A stretch of DNA of 37,100 nt from Mesotaenium endlicherianum. Taxonomy: Eukaryota. Every line of letters starts with the position of its first letter. The first letter of the stretch is position 1. Positions 8,630-24,402 of this stretch are shown one piece after another. The stretch is from contig WELA01000395.1 in the NCBI GenBank assembly GCA_009602735.1, positions 205,199 to 242,298 on the forward strand, read 5' to 3'. Made by a program: the position numbers and the translations under genes. Under the pieces are notes generated by a model, which was not told the origin of the DNA, did no database searches, and worked only from the letters and a program-made list of their open reading frames with translations.

Positions 8630-11313
8630 ATGGGTGCCGATTGGGAGCCGAAACTGACAGTAAAGCTGCCTGTAAAAGCACCGAAGCAGGTTGCTGTTGA
8701 AGAACTTATCCAGCCAAGGTCCAGTGGCGATGACCTTGTCAAAAAGGCGCTCGCGAAGACGGGTTACGTGGTTGGTACTAGACTTGTGACGGATACAGGA
8801 AATATAAGGGACAGATTCAAGTTTGGGAAAGAGCTTGGCAGAGGTCATTTTGGTATCGTGAAGGTTTGCGAGGATCTTGAGACGGGAAAGAAATACGCCT
8901 GCAAATCAATACTGAAAGCCAATTTGAAGGTCAGTAGCATGCTATTGCTACAACTTTGGATGTGCCATGACTTTGTGGTGTCACATCATGAAAAAAAGTT
9001 GTTATGGAAGCTTTTGAGTTGTTTAGTATGTGATCCATCTTTTACGTATACTGCATGTACAATATTGCGACGTTGATTTGACTTCGTCATTTCAAGCCTC
9101 AGAGATGTTTCATATTTTGATTTGGTCTGTCTTCACCATGTCCTTTTGGCGTTCCTCACAAGGACTTCTATGCTCTGGAAGGACCTTGTTTTGTAGCCCC
9201 ACTGCAGTCCAGTATCGAAGTTAATATAGTGATGGCTGCGAGTCAAATGGAAGGAGTGTGTGTTCTCCGACTGTCAACGAGGGCTGTTTTGTCATTAGAA
9301 GGGGATGAAGCAGGGCCAGCATAATTTTTTTTGTTTGGCAATGGGTGCATAGTGTAGGAAGGTTCATGTCATGGTTGTAAGTATGCACCCACATGACCTA
9401 CTGCCTTTGCTTGACTCCATGTCATGTTTTGTTATGCCTCGCAGAAAAGGGAAGAGTTGGATGAGTTGCGAGCTGAAATTGAACTTATGAGGCATTTGAA
9501 AGGGCATCCACACATTGTTGAGATGCATGCTCTCTTTGAGGATAAGGAGGCTGTCCACCTTGTCATGGAGCTGTGTAAAGAAGGTGACCTCTTTGATTAC
9601 ATTGCCAGGAGGAGAAGACTAGTTGAAGGAGATGCAGCCCGCATTTTCAGGTATGCCATTTTTGCGTATGATGTATCTATGTGTTTGCTCAATAGTCTTT
9701 TGATGGTTTTATGTGCTGTAATTGTACGCGCAGTCCCTCTCTTGGCAATATGCATTTGTGTTGACATTCATTTTCTTACCTGTTGTCACTATGCAGGCAA
9801 ATCGTACTAGCTGTGCAACATTGTCACGCTAGAGGGGTTATTCATCGAGATTTGAAGCCTGAGAACATCATCTTTGAGGAAATCGGTGACGAGTTCCAGG
9901 ATCCTCTTGTGAAGGTTGCCGACTTTGGGCTTGCAGTAATGCCAGAGCCTGGGCAAAAAGCATCAGGGTTGGCAGGAAGTCCATTTTACATGGCTCCTGA
10001 ACTTGTGAGACGGGAGAAGTATGGTACTGAAGTTGACATATGGAGCATGGGTGTTGTGCTTTACACTGCCTTATCAGGTATAGAGAGGCACTATTTGTTG
10101 CATTTCATGACTCCGTTTTTTGGATAACCTCAGTGTTGGTACTTCGTTTTTGCATGTATGTGCAACATGCTATATATTGCATATGATGAGGGGTCTGATT
10201 GGGTAGCTTGGTAACATTGTTGCTAGCACTTATTGTGGGAGTGAGAGTGGTCACTCACAGGAGATGTGTATGTAGTGCAAGGTTGTCATTGCCAGCTTTG
10301 GTGGCTTCAGTTGAAGGGCACCATTGACTGCAGTTCGTAATATTGTTTATTGATAAATTTATGTGTTTTGTCGATGTGCAGGCTTCTTGCCTTTCTGGGG
10401 CAAAGACCATGAGCAAACTTTTGCTGCAGTTCTGAAGGCTGAGCCAGATTATCTGAAGAAGCCATGGCCCTCGGTATCCAGGGAAGCAAGGAGGTTAGTG
10501 CGATGGATGCTTCATGTAGATCCTAAGAGGCGCGCTACCATAGATGACATCTTGAGTAATCCCTGGTTGATGCAGCACTGTAGTCCCACAAAGGCCAAGG
10601 AGCAGCCTTCCAAATTCTCCTTTCTTTCAGGCAAAGGTGGTGCAGCGGCAGTCGCGCAATTGCCGACTCCTCCGGCTAGTCCCAATCCTCTTTCTGCCAG
10701 AGCAGTGGGTGCTATACAACCAATCCCTCCGTTTAAGCCCTCACATCAACGCGTTCCCACCCCTCCTTGTACGAGCCCATCTGCGTCCGGGGTTGGATAT
10801 GTTATCGCTGGGCCTGGACCTGCTACTGACATTCCTGTACACAATCAGGCAACATATGATCCTGTTCCACCTCCAACCATTGCACCACCTTCTCCTTCCA
10901 GCAATAGCTTCCTTCAGAAGTTATCTAACCTACATCCTTTTGGGCAAGCTGCCCCTAAGGCACAGTATGGTGGAACGCCCCCTGCCTCACCACGTTCTCC
11001 CAAGACGCCTACGTTTGCCTTTGGGAAGAAGAATCTATATGCGCTCTTTAACTCGCAGCCGCAGGAGGCACCCAACAGGCATGAGCTTGTCATGCAGAGG
11101 CCTATTGACAAGCTCAAGGGAGTTATGCCTGCTGAGGAGTTCATACCCCACAACAGTCCGAACTCCTCACCTCCCCACAAACCTGGTGCCTCTGCACTGG
11201 TTGGAAAGTCATTTCACAGGATGGAAAGCCCCAGATCGCCCCTGGAGGAGTCCATTTTCCCTATGTCGCCGAAGTTGAGAAATTATGGCTATGAAGGTAA
11301 AGGAGGTTGCTGA
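8630..11313 (+). CDS. CAMK-group Ser/Thr kinase, PEPKR/CDPK-related, without EF-hands; exons 8630-8929, 9445-9650, 9797-10077, 10382-11313 (572 aa)
   Basis: LGRGHFGIV, ACK, HRDLKPEN, ADFGLA, GLAGSPFYMAPE, DIWSMGV. Three GT-AG introns with matching phases (0, 2, 1). Pro/Ser-rich C-terminal tail. Confidence 0.93.
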
Positions 11314-12711
11314 AGTAGGAACATGACGGCATGTGTTCCTCTTGCTCACGGAAGTTTTTTTCATGGACGGTAGCATAGGCAGGCCTGTGCCTATCATGGC
11401 ACTTGAGGCGGCTGTCGTTCTCCGTTCAGTTTAAGCTTCTCATCCAGATGAGGGGTTAAGGGGTGTATTATAGAACATCAGCAAGATCTACACAACATAG
11501 TTTTACTTTGAACGTTGCGCTCTTAACCTTCAGATCTACTGGGTTGGCTTCTCAAGCTGGCCAAGTAGGCTAGCTAGCTTTCTATAAGTGATTCCTTTTG
11601 TCCATGAAACAGGTCTGATGGAGGTTTCATCAGGAAGTAAGAGAGGCAGTGTATATAGATTATAAATGACATGGAAGCAGTGGAAGTAGGCTAAAGATAA
11701 GGATTTCAAGTCAGGCAAAGTTAAGGTATCAGGAGTGTAGGAATGTGGGCAATAGCAGTATTATCGGTTCGTCTAGTAACTTGGAGGTTATAATTCGTGC
11801 CATTATGCGGTAGTCACAACTGCCAGCCACCCGGCATTCGGGTTATTTGTTGGCATGACCTTGCAATTTACACCAGGGTTTACTGCCCTAAGTATATCCA
11901 ACGTTTTTGAAATTGTCGTGACAGTTTTTGAAGGTGTATCTGGTTCCCATTTCCATGCACCATATTTTCCCCAATGGTTGATCGGGTCATGATCTATGTA
12001 CTGTGAAGAATATACCCTTGCAATTGATGTGTACACTGGCAGAAAGGGATAAACTTCATCTGTTGTCGTGGACTGAATGTCCTGGAGCAGTTGCAGATTT
12101 GCACTCCAGCAGTTTGCCACTGACTGCTTCAACAGGACTTGTTTGACATTTATTCCATCTAGTGTCTTAAAGCATCTATCCCTGCCAAGACTCTTGCAGT
12201 GAGAGTGCATGGCTAACAATTCAAGTTCCTTCGCAAATTTAGCTGTGCAGATTAACAACTGTAATAATAACTGAAACTGTAAGCCCCCTCACTATTGGTA
12301 CAGATGGTACAATAAATGAGTCATGTTAAACTTAAGAAGATTTGCTGAACACTGTACCCTCGTGCAATGTGCCTCTCCATGTTTCTGTTCAACTGGATTC
12401 AAGACTTTGTCAATCCTGCACGTACTTTAGCAGCAGGTCTCCCGCAGGCAAGCTTTGACAGGTTTGAGATTGAAGAGGTTGCGCCACTCTGAAATACAGC
12501 GGGAAATCAAGGATGGTGTTGTGATTAAACATATATTATCCTATGTGACAGTTGAGGCCTACAATCAAATTTCACTACTGCACGTATGACATTGTTCAAA
12601 GGCCGGGTGCTTTCGCTCAAACTTTTGTTTTCTATTTGACTCCAGGAGCTAAGCAGATCAAATGAGGACCCCAAGACCAAACGTGCACACATGTATGTGC
12701 AGATTTTGAGC

Positions 12712-15435
12712 CTAATATTTGGTCTTTGCAGGGTCGTTGGGAAACTGCCTGAAGTTAATGAAAGGGGCCCACAGCAAGAGCCTGCACACCATCAATATCG
12801 GTGTATACAAACAAATATCAATACATCAAGATAATTAGCACGGTATGAACATGTGCCCCGCAACCAGGTGCCCACACCCGACTTACACGTCATTCTCCTG
12901 TATATTCCAAATTATGAGCCCCAATGGACACGTCACCAAAGAAGTCACGGCAGGACGCCAGGTGGCTGCCATCTGGTCGCAGAAAGTCAGCAAAAGGTGC
13001 AACTCCGATGAGAAACTTCACCCACTCCAATGCTACAGCAGGGCGACGAGGCTTCAAAGAGCTTTCCTGCGACTTCGAAACCTCGTCTCAACATCTAGCG
13101 TGTCATTCAGATTCTTTGCCCAAAGCCTACACCGAACCTCCACCCATACCTGACCACAGCCTACCTCACAGCCTTCCCTCATTCCCAAGCCTAGACCAGC
13201 TCTAAGGCTAGTACCTGTACAGCATCACCAGCTACCTCTTAACGACAGCCCAAACGTCCAATGTCATTAATCAGAGAAGGATCAGAGCGGAGGCAGGAGG
13301 CCCGGGATTTGGCCCACACGAAGGCCTAGCCCCATCCCCATCTCAAGCCTGCCCCACCAGCATGCTGAATCTGCCCCAACCGCGTGCAAAGTTGACCTCA
13401 GACCTCAGATTTCACCTCAAATCTGAGCCAGCCCCAGAATAGGTCTGGTTCCGAGGCTATTTTCCATTGAGGGGGGCGAGGCGAGGAGGGGGTAAGTTGG
13501 GGGGNNNNNNNNNNNNNNNNNNNNNNNNNNNNNNNNNNNNNNNNNNNNNNNNNNNNNNNNNNNNNNNNNNNNNNNNNNNNNNNNNNNNNNNNNNNNNNNN
13601 NNNNNNNNNNNNNNNNNNNNNNNNNNNNNNNNNNNNNNGGGGGGGGGGGGGGGGGCAACGTACGCTGGGAAGCAGAGGAAGACAAACATGAACTGGAAGT
13701 ACGTCTCCAGGGTGCCCCTCTTGTACCAGCGCACGCGCAGGTAGTTGTACACCAGAGGCTGCTCGCCAGCACACATGCACGCACGCACACACACATGCAC
13801 GCACACGCACACGCACCCACAGGAGTAGAAGACAGCATCAGGGCTTTGGTGCATGCGGCGTAAGATTCCTAGTGCTTGTCGGTTCCCAGTGCTCGTAGGT
13901 CCTAGGGCCCCATGGTCCAAGTGCAGGCAAAGGGAGAGGTACACACGCACATCAACATGCACATGCACATCCACACGCACACACACATGGACAGAGACAG
14001 CTGTGCCCAAGGAGCTGACACTGGCCGCACATTGAGCTATTTATTGCAGACGCCTGCGAACCACCTGCTGACGAGCGCACGCGCACGCAGGGTTGGGAGT
14101 CCCGGGCTCCCTTGGGGTTGCGGCCCACGATTCAGGCAAGTGCAGATGGGGTTGCGGCCCCCACAGGCACTCCTTCGCGGTTTCAAGAGAGGAAAGAGTA
14201 AGAGCGGACAAGCTGAACACGACGACTGCCGCCGATTGCCGAAAACTCTTTGCGTTTTTGCAGGAGGGGGGCAGGGCTTGAAGGTTGGATTGAGCGAGCG
14301 CCAAGGTGGTTCGGATACGGGTTTGAAGAGGTGCCGAGCTCAAGAGATAGGATTGGACTGACGTCAGAGCTTGGGTGCGTGTGCGTGCAGGCTGCTCTGG
14401 AAGAGGGTTGGAAGAGGCCAGGTAACCCCTAGGGCTCCTTTGAGGATAAGAGAACAAGGGCTAATCACTTCTGGCAGGCCTTCTTTGAGAGAGTTTTTGA
14501 AAAAGAGAGAGTTCGACAAATCCGCGGGCACAGAGAGAGCTTGGAGCAGTCACAAGCGGGTGCATGCTGTCGTCTACATCTGCCACGCCATCGCCGTCGA
14601 CTTCAAACATACTTTTCTCATGAGAGTAGTTCCGACACGCCCTGATCTGCAGCAGAATGCAGTCAGCACTGCGGGGAGCGTGGGCCTGCCCCTTGTGACC
14701 CCCCGCTTGCGTCACCACTAATCGTTTGCGCCACCACTCAAAGTTTGGGCCCCACCACTCAACGTTTGTGCCTCACCACTCAACGTTTGCACCATCACCA
14801 AGCATTTGCATCACCACTAACATGCGGGACTGGCACGTGCTCAAGGGCAGTCGACCAAAGGGGAGGAGTTCAAGCCTGACCTAAAGTACGAGAGAAATGC
14901 ACGCATGGCATGGGTGAGGGTGTGCGGTATATTGAATATCACAATCACACGTCATCCGTTTTCTGCCGATCGTGAACCAGGACAGGGAAGGGAAGGGGAA
15001 GGGGCTTTGGGGCATCACAAAGAATGCGACGGAGCAAGGGGCAGGAAAGCGGAGGACCTTTTGGGCAGCACCAAAAAAGTGGCCGAGGGGGAAAAGAGTA
15101 AGAAGGGGCTTACGTGCAGTATCCACGAGTCTAAAGTTGAATGAGAGAAGAGAATGGACGAGAGCAGCCACGGGCAGGCAAAAACTGTAACAAGTCGTGG
15201 GAGAGAGGGGACGAAGGCAGTGCTCTTGCGGGCAGCGAAAATAGAAAGCGACACAATGGGGAGTGGCCAGGGAAAGAAGACAAGGAGAGGAAGGAGGTGC
15301 TTACGGGCAGCACAAACAAGTAGACAAACACTACGGCGCCAAAGGCAAGCACGGAGTCCACGAACTCGGCATCTGTCAGCTGCCCGTCCACCGCGTCTGC
15401 CAGCGCGGGCGCGCAGCTCACCAGCGCCTGCCACG

Positions 15436-15512
<77 letters not shown>

Positions 15513-15548
15513 NNNNNNNNNNNNNNNNNNNNNNNNNNNNNNNNNNNN

Positions 15549-15602
<54 letters not shown>

Positions 15603-17502
15603 TTAAAGATATGGTTATTGCAGGCTATAGAACGAATCATGTATAAACACGTGTTCTTCAGTGATTGGTGCGCAGCTTGCCAGCACCTGCCACGCACAGA
15701 GACAGAGAGAGAGAGAGAGAGAAGCACACAAGTAAAATTCGATACCTGAACAGCAAGGCCGAGGAACGCGCAGCCGGCTACCGTTGCGCCGCTTGGCAGC
15801 CCGGCTGGCTCTCCAACCTGCGCAGAAGAAGGCAGAGAAAAACTCAAGTCAACAATTACAGCCCGGTCAACCGGCCCAGTAAACTTGCCAGTCAACTGGG
15901 TCAACCGAGTAGGCTCCGCTGGGCTCCACATAACAAATGGCAGGCTTCTCAGTCGCTCGAGAAAAGAAAGGAGTCTGCCACTTGTAATGCAGCAGCAAGT
16001 TAGACTCACAAACGGCAGCTTAGCTAAGCGCCACATGTCCTTCTGAGGCCAGCTCAGCCTCTGGCAGAGAAGTCCTTTTAATGCTCTCTTTCTCAATGTG
16101 ACCTTAGCCACATGCGCAAACAACAGTCCCCTCCCCTTTTTCGTCCTTCTGTAGCAAACATTGGCCATGCCACACGTATCGTACCCTCTTGCTACTGTCT
16201 TGATCTTTTAACTCGTCCCCTCCGATGCTGTGCCCCTTCACCTTTCCCCTCTGCCTCCTCTTTCCTCTATTCCCGTCTCCCAAGACCTCCACTCACAACT
16301 CTAGGTCTCACCAAGCACAAGACCAAAGAACGGCCGAGGGTTCTGCCATTCTGAACATGAATGTTAGCATGACACTGTAATGTGTTGTTGCTGTCCTCCC
16401 TTTCCCCCTCTCCCCCCCCCCCCAACCCCCCACCTTCCTCATCTTTCCTGTCGCAAGTGTACAATGTGCATAGAAGTTTCCATACTGTACAAACCAAGGG
16501 AAACGTCGTCAATACAGCACTCAGAGGTCTTCTGTGTACGTTACCAAACAGTCGAGTTACATGTTTCTCCCCACACCACAACTCCTCCGCACCCCCTTCC
16601 TGCCGCCGTTCTGCCCCCCCCAGCCCCTCTCGCCCTAAGACTGGCGGAGGGCACTAGAACCTCCTCCTTGCTTTTGCTTCTCAGCAGGTGTCAAGAGGGT
16701 CTGCAATAATGTGAATCACTTCCTACCTCAGCAGCAAGCCTTTCTTCGTTCTCTGGTAGAGCCTGGGCTGCAATGGTCACGCGTCCAGTAGCAGCAGGCT
16801 CGCTGTGCATCCTCGTCTGCAGCCCTAACGTGTGACCTGTTGCAGCAGCAGCAGCAGCAGCAGCAAAAGCAGGAGGAAGAAGAGGTCGTGAAGAAAAGGC
16901 CACATTAGCAAAGGCAAAGACAGAGATGGAGAAGGAGGACGGTGAAATGCAGGCGGAGAGGTAAGATCAAGAGGGAGAAGTGGTGGTGTAGCAGGTCCCA
17001 TATTACCCCAAAGCGGCTGTTTAAATTGGCTATCAACTGAGATAGGGTTTACTTGCATGTGATGTGCCGTATGTGAAAGGCGCCTCATTCACCATAGACT
17101 AGGAGCAATAACAGGATCCAGTGACTACTGCCTTCTGAAGATGCTGCGACCTCGGCAGAATGCAACTGCTGGAATAACATTACAGTACACTGTCAACCGT
17201 AAGGGGAACGTCTAGCTTCGGCTGTGGTGAAGATGATCTCGTACAGGTATAGGTGATCTCATACCGGTGCCAGGGTCTAACATTTAGGGTCAAAATCTCG
17301 GTACAGAAAGACAAAGCTGTTAAAGCAAACCCAAGGATGGCGTACCAGAGCATCTTCGAAGACTTCTTACACGCAGCCCGGATACTCGGAAGCTCACAGC
17401 TCCTGACGAGCTTTTCACTTGTCTCGATTCACCGATGGAGTTTGTTCCCTTCAAGCTGAGCCCACCAATCAGGCTGCATTGTGCAAGACTACATGCAGCC
17501 AT
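12712..17502 (-). CDS. ndhL: Chloroplast NDH complex subunit L. Confident exons 15817-15746, 15427-15305, 13758-13664, 12781-12712; probable 5' exons 17502-17346, 16836-16727, 16102-16010
   Basis: The spliced product YLFVLP|PLVYNYLRVRWYKRGTLETYFQFMFVFLCFPA|LLLWAPFINFRQFPNDP matches plant NdhL/CRR23. Splice phases are consistent. The first exon MAACSLAQCSLIGG...RVRSLRRCS is Ser/Arg-rich like a transit peptide. The 5' exons are less certain. Confidence 0.88.
14713..14820. repeat. Degenerate ~19-21 bp tandem repeat (CACCACTCAACGTTTG core) in an ndhL intron
   Basis: About five to six consecutive CACCAC...TTTG units. Confidence 0.75.
15439..15600. repeat. (AG)n microsatellite with an internal N gap
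   Basis: Perfect AG run on both sides of the gap; on the minus strand it forms the polypyrimidine tract of an ndhL intron. Confidence 0.98.
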
Positions 17503-17791
17503 TGCAATGCTGTATACTGAAGGATACCACCTCTCACCTGGACTATAGCAATAATTTAAATCACTACTCTTTCGAATTCAGCTCGCTTCAGCTGGTATGG
17601 CGTTCGAACACCAGTGCAGGAGAGAGGCAACCACTAGGTTCGCTATGCTAACATCTTATCATCTTACCCGACATTTGCATGCACCCTCATGCCATGAGAC
17701 GTACGGCACACAAAGAGGAAGTTTGCGCGCGCTTAAAGCAGTTTCAAGTCCGACGATATCTTATCCGTGAGCCAGCTTTGGGACGTCTACT

Positions 17792-17990
17792 CATGGGGGG
17801 GTAACTGTCGCATAGTTTTCAGTTTCATTGATTCTTTTCGCCCAAATTGCAATTCGTGCGCAAAGATTCCAGTTTCATTGATTTTTTGCCCAATATCCAG
17901 AGGCAAAATTTACAAAAACATCGATTTTTGGCGCAATTGAAAAAGTGTCACAATGGGCGCCCGAATTTCAAAGGGAGTTATCAGCCCATG
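17792..17990. mobile_element. 199-bp non-autonomous hAT-type MITE
   Basis: Perfect 8-bp TSD CGTCTACT (17784-17791 and 17991-17998). Imperfect TIRs CATGGGGGGGTAACT and, reverse-complemented, CATGGGCTGATAACT. Internal direct repeat CAGTTTCATTGATT. Confidence 0.8.
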
Positions 17991-18468
17991 CGTCTACTGT
18001 TGGGTGAACGACGCAGGGTGACGTACTCTGCACGGAAAGCGGTAAGCTTGGCAACAGTAGGTCAGAAGAATACTTGGACCGTCATACGGACGCGATGTGA
18101 GCAGGACCTCACATGGTTACACATAAGCGGTCAACGTAGTCAATCTGAATCAGTGCATTTGGGCGGCCTGAGCAGGCATGGCGGGCATGAGGTTTGATGA
18201 GTTCCAACTTTCAGAGAGGTGGTCAACAGCGGTATGCTATGACCCACTAATTATATGGCCCCATCTGGCCCAATCTGGCCCCATCTGTTGCGCAAAGTGG
18301 GATGCAGGCATGATGCAGGCGTACGCCGGCGGTTCCTTTGCGTACCTCATGGCTACAGGGGAGTGTACCATTCAAATTAAATATAGATGTATTTTTACTT
18401 AATTTGCATGCGTGACAGCAGCTTCTGGGCGACGTTGAAATAACATCCATGTAGTGGTTCGTCATCGG

Positions 18469-18840
18469 CGGGGACGCAAAACTGGCTTCAAGTGGGGGGC
18501 ACGCTAACTCCTGCTTTTGGGGGAACGCTAATTATATATAGTGGACTTTTAGTCGGGGCACGCAGGTTCGAGTTTGGGGGCACGCAAAACTTGTTTCAAA
18601 GTGGGGGCACGCAGAATCCGGATTTTGGGGGAACGCAAAGTGGACTTTGATCTATATATGTATATAGTGGGAGCATACATGCATGCAAGATTCAGGTTTG
18701 GGGGCACGCAAAACTGGCTTCCAGTGGGGGGCACGCAAAATCCGGTTCTTGCAGGAACGCAAAGTGAACTTCTACTCGGGGCACGCAAAGTTTGGGTTGG
18801 GGGCACGCAAAACTGGCTTTAAGTGAGGGGCACGCAAAAC
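18469..18840 (+). repeat. Array of about 13 GGGG(C/A)ACGCAAA motifs with higher-order periodicity, probably DNA-transposon subterminal repeats
   Basis: The motif mostly recurs every ~22-27 bp, with recurring spacers AACTGGCTT..AGTG, AATCCGG and AAGTGGACTT. Confidence 0.8.
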
Positions 18841-19814
18841 GCAACATGAACTCATTTATGAACCGACTGTTCCCAATGGTTCCCAACGTCCACTGCAAGT
18901 TTCAACCACGACCTGTAAACTTGCTCACGCCTAATCACGAGAAAAGCTGATCGCGAGAGCATCTCGCTGAACGAATCATAGTCTGTAGAAGTACTCAATG
19001 TCACTTACATCTTATACTTTTGTCTCAGAAGACTAACTTTTCTTACATTTCAGGCTGCACTGACAATTGTTGGTCGGTCCAGGAACGTGAGAGTTTTAGT
19101 GGAGCATTCAGTTGACATATATAGACCTTCCATGGTGGCCACTTGTCATGTCTGAAAGACTTTCATCCGAGAAATAATTTGTTTCAGTTGATCAGGTCAT
19201 TCAAGTGTTCGTGCTCCGCTAACGAACATGGGGGACGATGGTATGTGCATACGACTAGACCTCCGTAAAACTTGATGGAAGCAGGCATGAAATAGTCCTT
19301 CGATTTAGACTGAGTCCGTGCTATGTGCAGAGCACTATCTGAAGGGTCAGTGGTGACGCTTGTAGGAAGTGAAAGATTTTTATGATCATTTCAGACCTGT
19401 TTGGACTTTGCTCGATATGGTCACCCCACATGCAGCAGTTTCATCAGTCCTATTATCGAGGTCTCCTTTTTCGTTATACAGACCCGATATACTGTCTGGT
19501 GCATGAATTAGCGGACTGGCATTGAGTCAAAAGATGCACAAATGTTGCTTCAAACATTTACATGGCTAACTGAGCCTTAAAGAGGTCTTTGCAACAAATG
19601 CATCACGCATTGTGCTGAGTGTAGGGCAATACTTACAAGTTGGGTCAGCATGTCCATCTGCGAGTAAGTCCCTGTGACAACTGAGGCAGCAGACTCCAGG
19701 AGCTTCAGGGATTGAGCTACTATGAGAAGCTAAGCGGTTCTAAACATTATGTTCTAAAATTATGTCTCAACTTTATGTTCTGAACAATATTTCTCGTAAC
19801 CCTTTTTGACAGGG

Positions 19815-22505
<2,691 letters not shown>

Positions 22506-24402
22506 TTCATTCATACAGGGCCCCACAGGATTACCAGGGCCTTGATTCTTAGTAGGACTAGCGCACTAGGTGGGGTGTCAGTCTACTCGTCACCTGTGGT
22601 AGACTACCACAACTGATGTCTGTTTTGCACTGGTCGACTTATCGTTGTAGTAGCATCGACTGGTTGCTGCGTCGTCACAATTCAGGAAATCACACTATTG
22701 CACTTGAGAGAAGTAGTGACTTTGAGACTGCTGTCATTAAGGAGCCTCGATTAGTGCAAATATTCTTTTATGATTTATCGGCATCAGAGGAACTCTGGTG
22801 TAGATGCCGTTTGGCAGGAGTCATGCATTGCAGCTTGAAGCACAGCCATACATGCGTATCATGTGTTGGCCACTCAGCATCTGCAGGTTATGTTGCACGC
22901 TGATATAGCACAAGGAATAGGACATGTGTCATGAGGTAATTGGCATATTTGGTGTCTATGGCTGTAATTTGAGAATCCAATATAGATAACATCCGAAACA
23001 TGCTTAGCATCATAGACAATGGTGCAGGAGTTGTATGCACACATGAGCTCTAGGCAACGACTTTGATGGGTTCAAAGTTTGTCCAAATGAACGTGAAGAA
23101 CACCTTGAGTGCAAATATCTCATGCTTTTCAATATGATTCATTTCATATGCTTTAGACTAGTTTGGTTGATAGCACCTCAGGTCGTACGTCTCCAACCTT
23201 TAGTGCTCAATATACGCTATGAAACCCACGTGTGCTTGAATTTGTTTGCCTTCGAACGTTACTCCGGTGTTCGCTGTGCCGTACGTGCACTGGCTGCTTG
23301 CAGGAAGCTGCATTTGATTAAATAAGGGTAGCTACAACCATGACCGTTTGTGATGTCACATGTATCGGACTAGGGCATATAGTTAGCCTTTGCTTCTTCA
23401 AGAGAAGAGTACATGGAGAACTTCAATGTGCTTACATGTTGCACGCATAATTAGTTAACATGTGAAAATGACTGCACTTTTCCAACTTCAATCTGATCAT
23501 CATATTGTCAGATTTCGACTCCAGAGTCCATGGTGCTCCATGACATTTCATGGGAAGGCGTGGGCTTTTCTTAGAAAATCTCATTCCGGTCAAGGGGGGG
23601 TAAAATAGGAGAGGCTTCCGACTTCGTGGGGTACGCAAGCTAGGACGTCGGGGTACGAAACTTGGAATGCCCGGAAGCGTAAGGGCCAGTTTACAGTGGC
23701 CAAACGCGTTCGATTCAATTCCTCCACTTGTGCAATCGAGTCATTTTCAATTCAAAGAAAATCTTGTAATTGGATTGTACAAATTTAAGTTGCTATTGAA
23801 AGTGGCTGCATTAATTTACAGTGTGCAGAGCTCCTAATATTCATCCTGTGTCAAATGACCCTCCACTCGACGACGCCTTTTGGGACATCTCATGTCTCGA
23901 CGACTTGGTCACGCTAAAAAGATACAAGTCTTTTCCCGGTCGTCGAATGCACTCCAATCTTACTTGGATGCGGGTCTTTGTGGATGGTACAAAGCATTCA
24001 AGCGCTTTAATAGCAACGTATGTGAAATGATACCAAAGTGGATTTGACCCCTAACAGTCCAGCCCCATTGAGCAATTCTTGGCTGCAAAACGGGTTCAAA
24101 AATACCCAGAAATCGTAGGCCTCGTCAGCCAACTTCTGGGTTCAAATATATCTCAGGTGAAACCTCTTTCACCTCTTCCAATAGGACCAAAACCTCTAAT
24201 TGCCACTCAACGCCGTGACCTCCGCTACACGCCGACATGAACGGGCATGGTATTTTTATGAATCTATTCGCATTTGGGAAAGCAAACAAATAGTCAAAAG
24301 ACCACACGTAAATATTTTCTTCACCTCCTCCCTCCCTGTGTTTAACAACCAAAAAACTCGCCACAACATCCACAACATCTCTCGACCCTTCAACCTGCAA
24401 CC

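Noticed and set aside
11536..12258. Minus-strand ORFs (151 aa and 60 aa, same frame) between the kinase and ndhL
   Set aside because: Several intervening stops and no recognisable motif; it could be an old TE remnant but this cannot be supported.
13505..13638. Poly-G flanked N run
   Set aside because: Assembly gap inside an ndhL intron; no information.
14041..14721. Overlapping ORFs within an ndhL intron
   Set aside because: No identifiable motifs or termini.
15131..16168. 345-aa ORF and poly-ER/SL ORFs
   Set aside because: Read-through of ndhL exons, introns and the (AG)n microsatellite with its N gap.
18469..18840. CRISPR array interpretation of this array and those at 33333-33582 and 35295-35755
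   Set aside because: Eukaryotic context, short degenerate repeats, spacers similar to each other, and no cas genes.
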